A DNA stretch of 20,409 bases, taken from Salpingoeca rosetta (lineage: Eukaryota; Protista; Choanoflagellata). The stretch is taken from the NCBI GenBank assembly GCA_033442325.1, contig JAWQFM010000031.1, forward strand, positions 39,960 to 60,368, read 5' to 3'. Both the position numbers and the translations under genes were made by a program. The notes below the pieces were generated by a model that saw nothing but the letters and a program-made list of their open reading frames with translations, did no database searches and was not told where the DNA came from. Below are positions 1-20,409 of this stretch, one piece after another (position 1 is the stretch's first letter; each line of letters starts with the position of its first letter).

Positions 1-1251
1 CAACACATGCACCATGTGCCAACCAAAGCATCCATGATGGGCTCACGCATGTGGGAACACTGCATGAGCACAGCAGCGACAGCGAATTGGGGGAGTTGCA
101 GCAGCAGCAGCCGGCATGCGAGCCCGCGTGCATATGTGTGTGCGTGGGTGCGTGGTTGCAGGGAATGTGAATGGGAATAGAACACAACAGGCAGACAGCA
201 AGCCATCACGTCAGCACAGCAGAACGAGTGACTGACACCACATTCACACGTGTGCGTGTGTGTCGATGTGTGTGTCCATCAACCCTCTTCCTTGTTCATT
301 TCATCGCACCCCATCACCATCACAGCCCCATCACACAACCAACAACCACTCATCATCACCCACATGCCATGTGTGAGGCGAGTGCAGCTGGCACGCGTGA
401 CAAGTATCCTCGACGCTTCCCTCATCCTGCTGCTTGCGAGTGTGCATCGCCTGTAAGTGTTGTTGTGTGCGAGCACCAGCATGGTGAGTGCGTGGGAGGG
501 AGGAAGGGAGCATGGATATGTGCGCAGCTACACTGCTGATACCACTGCTGGTGTTGTGCATGCATGTGTGTGCGTGAAGGAGAAAGGGAAGAGAGAGAAA
601 GCAGAAAACAGAAGGGAGGGAACAAGACATGCTGCACCCCATCCATCCATCCATCCCTCTTCCTCACACCACACACCACTGTCCTCTGTCACCAGCCAGC
701 CAGCCACACCACACTCACCCAGCATCCCCCACCCCACATCCCATGCATCCATCCATCCATCCAACACACAACTCCTCTCCGTTTTCCCTCTGCTTCACGC
801 CCTCACCTCTGCTGCTGCTTCCAGCCGAAAACGCAACTTGTGCTGTCGCCACCTGTTCCCAGCTGCAAACAGCCAGCATCCGCAAGCAGCAGCAGCGGGC
901 GATGGGTTGGTTGGGATGCGTTCAGCATCACCATTCTCTGCTGCTGCTGTTGCTGCTGCGGTTCTCCTCCTTGGTCCTTCGTGCAGGCAATCACAAGAGG
1001 AAGGTCGTCCATGTGCATGTGCACGGCAACAGAGGAAGTGGTGGTGGTGACGGTGGTGGGAGTTGTATTGGCGCTGTGTCGACCAACATGGTTGCTTGTT
1101 GGGTTTACAAACTGTTGTTCAACGAAAGAAGAACGGCAAATGAACTGAGAGCACTAACCCCAAGCCGCACAACACTCACACACACAAAAGACTACGCCCG
1201 TGACAAAACACACGTTCACAGTCACACGCGCGAGAATGCAAAACGCAAAAG

Positions 1252-20351
<19,100 letters not shown>

Positions 20352-20355
20352 CTGT

Positions 20356-20409
<54 letters not shown>

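Overview
Eukaryotic genomic DNA with very short exons, 150-350 nt introns packed with (CA)n/(TG)n and (CAC)n/(GTG)n microsatellites, and one assembly gap (N at 2032-2901). The style suggests a choanoflagellate such as Salpingoeca rosetta; that is an inference, not shown by the sequence. Nearly the whole window (1252-20351, minus strand) is one DOCK-family Rho-GTPase GEF of the DOCK-C/D (zizimin-related) group. I traced by hand 59 GT-AG exons with consistent phases, giving 5391 coding nt (about 1796 aa plus stop). They cover the N-terminal DOCK-C/D region, the DHR-1 (C2) domain, the helical middle region and DHR-2. The start codon lies beyond the right edge, and the catalytic core of DHR-2 falls in the gap. 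The long ORFs in the supplied track are microsatellite or N artefacts. The most interesting signal outside the protein is that many introns are polarised: UG/GUG-rich near the donor and CA/CAC-rich near the acceptor, so their two ends are mutually complementary. Positions 1-1250 remain unexplained.
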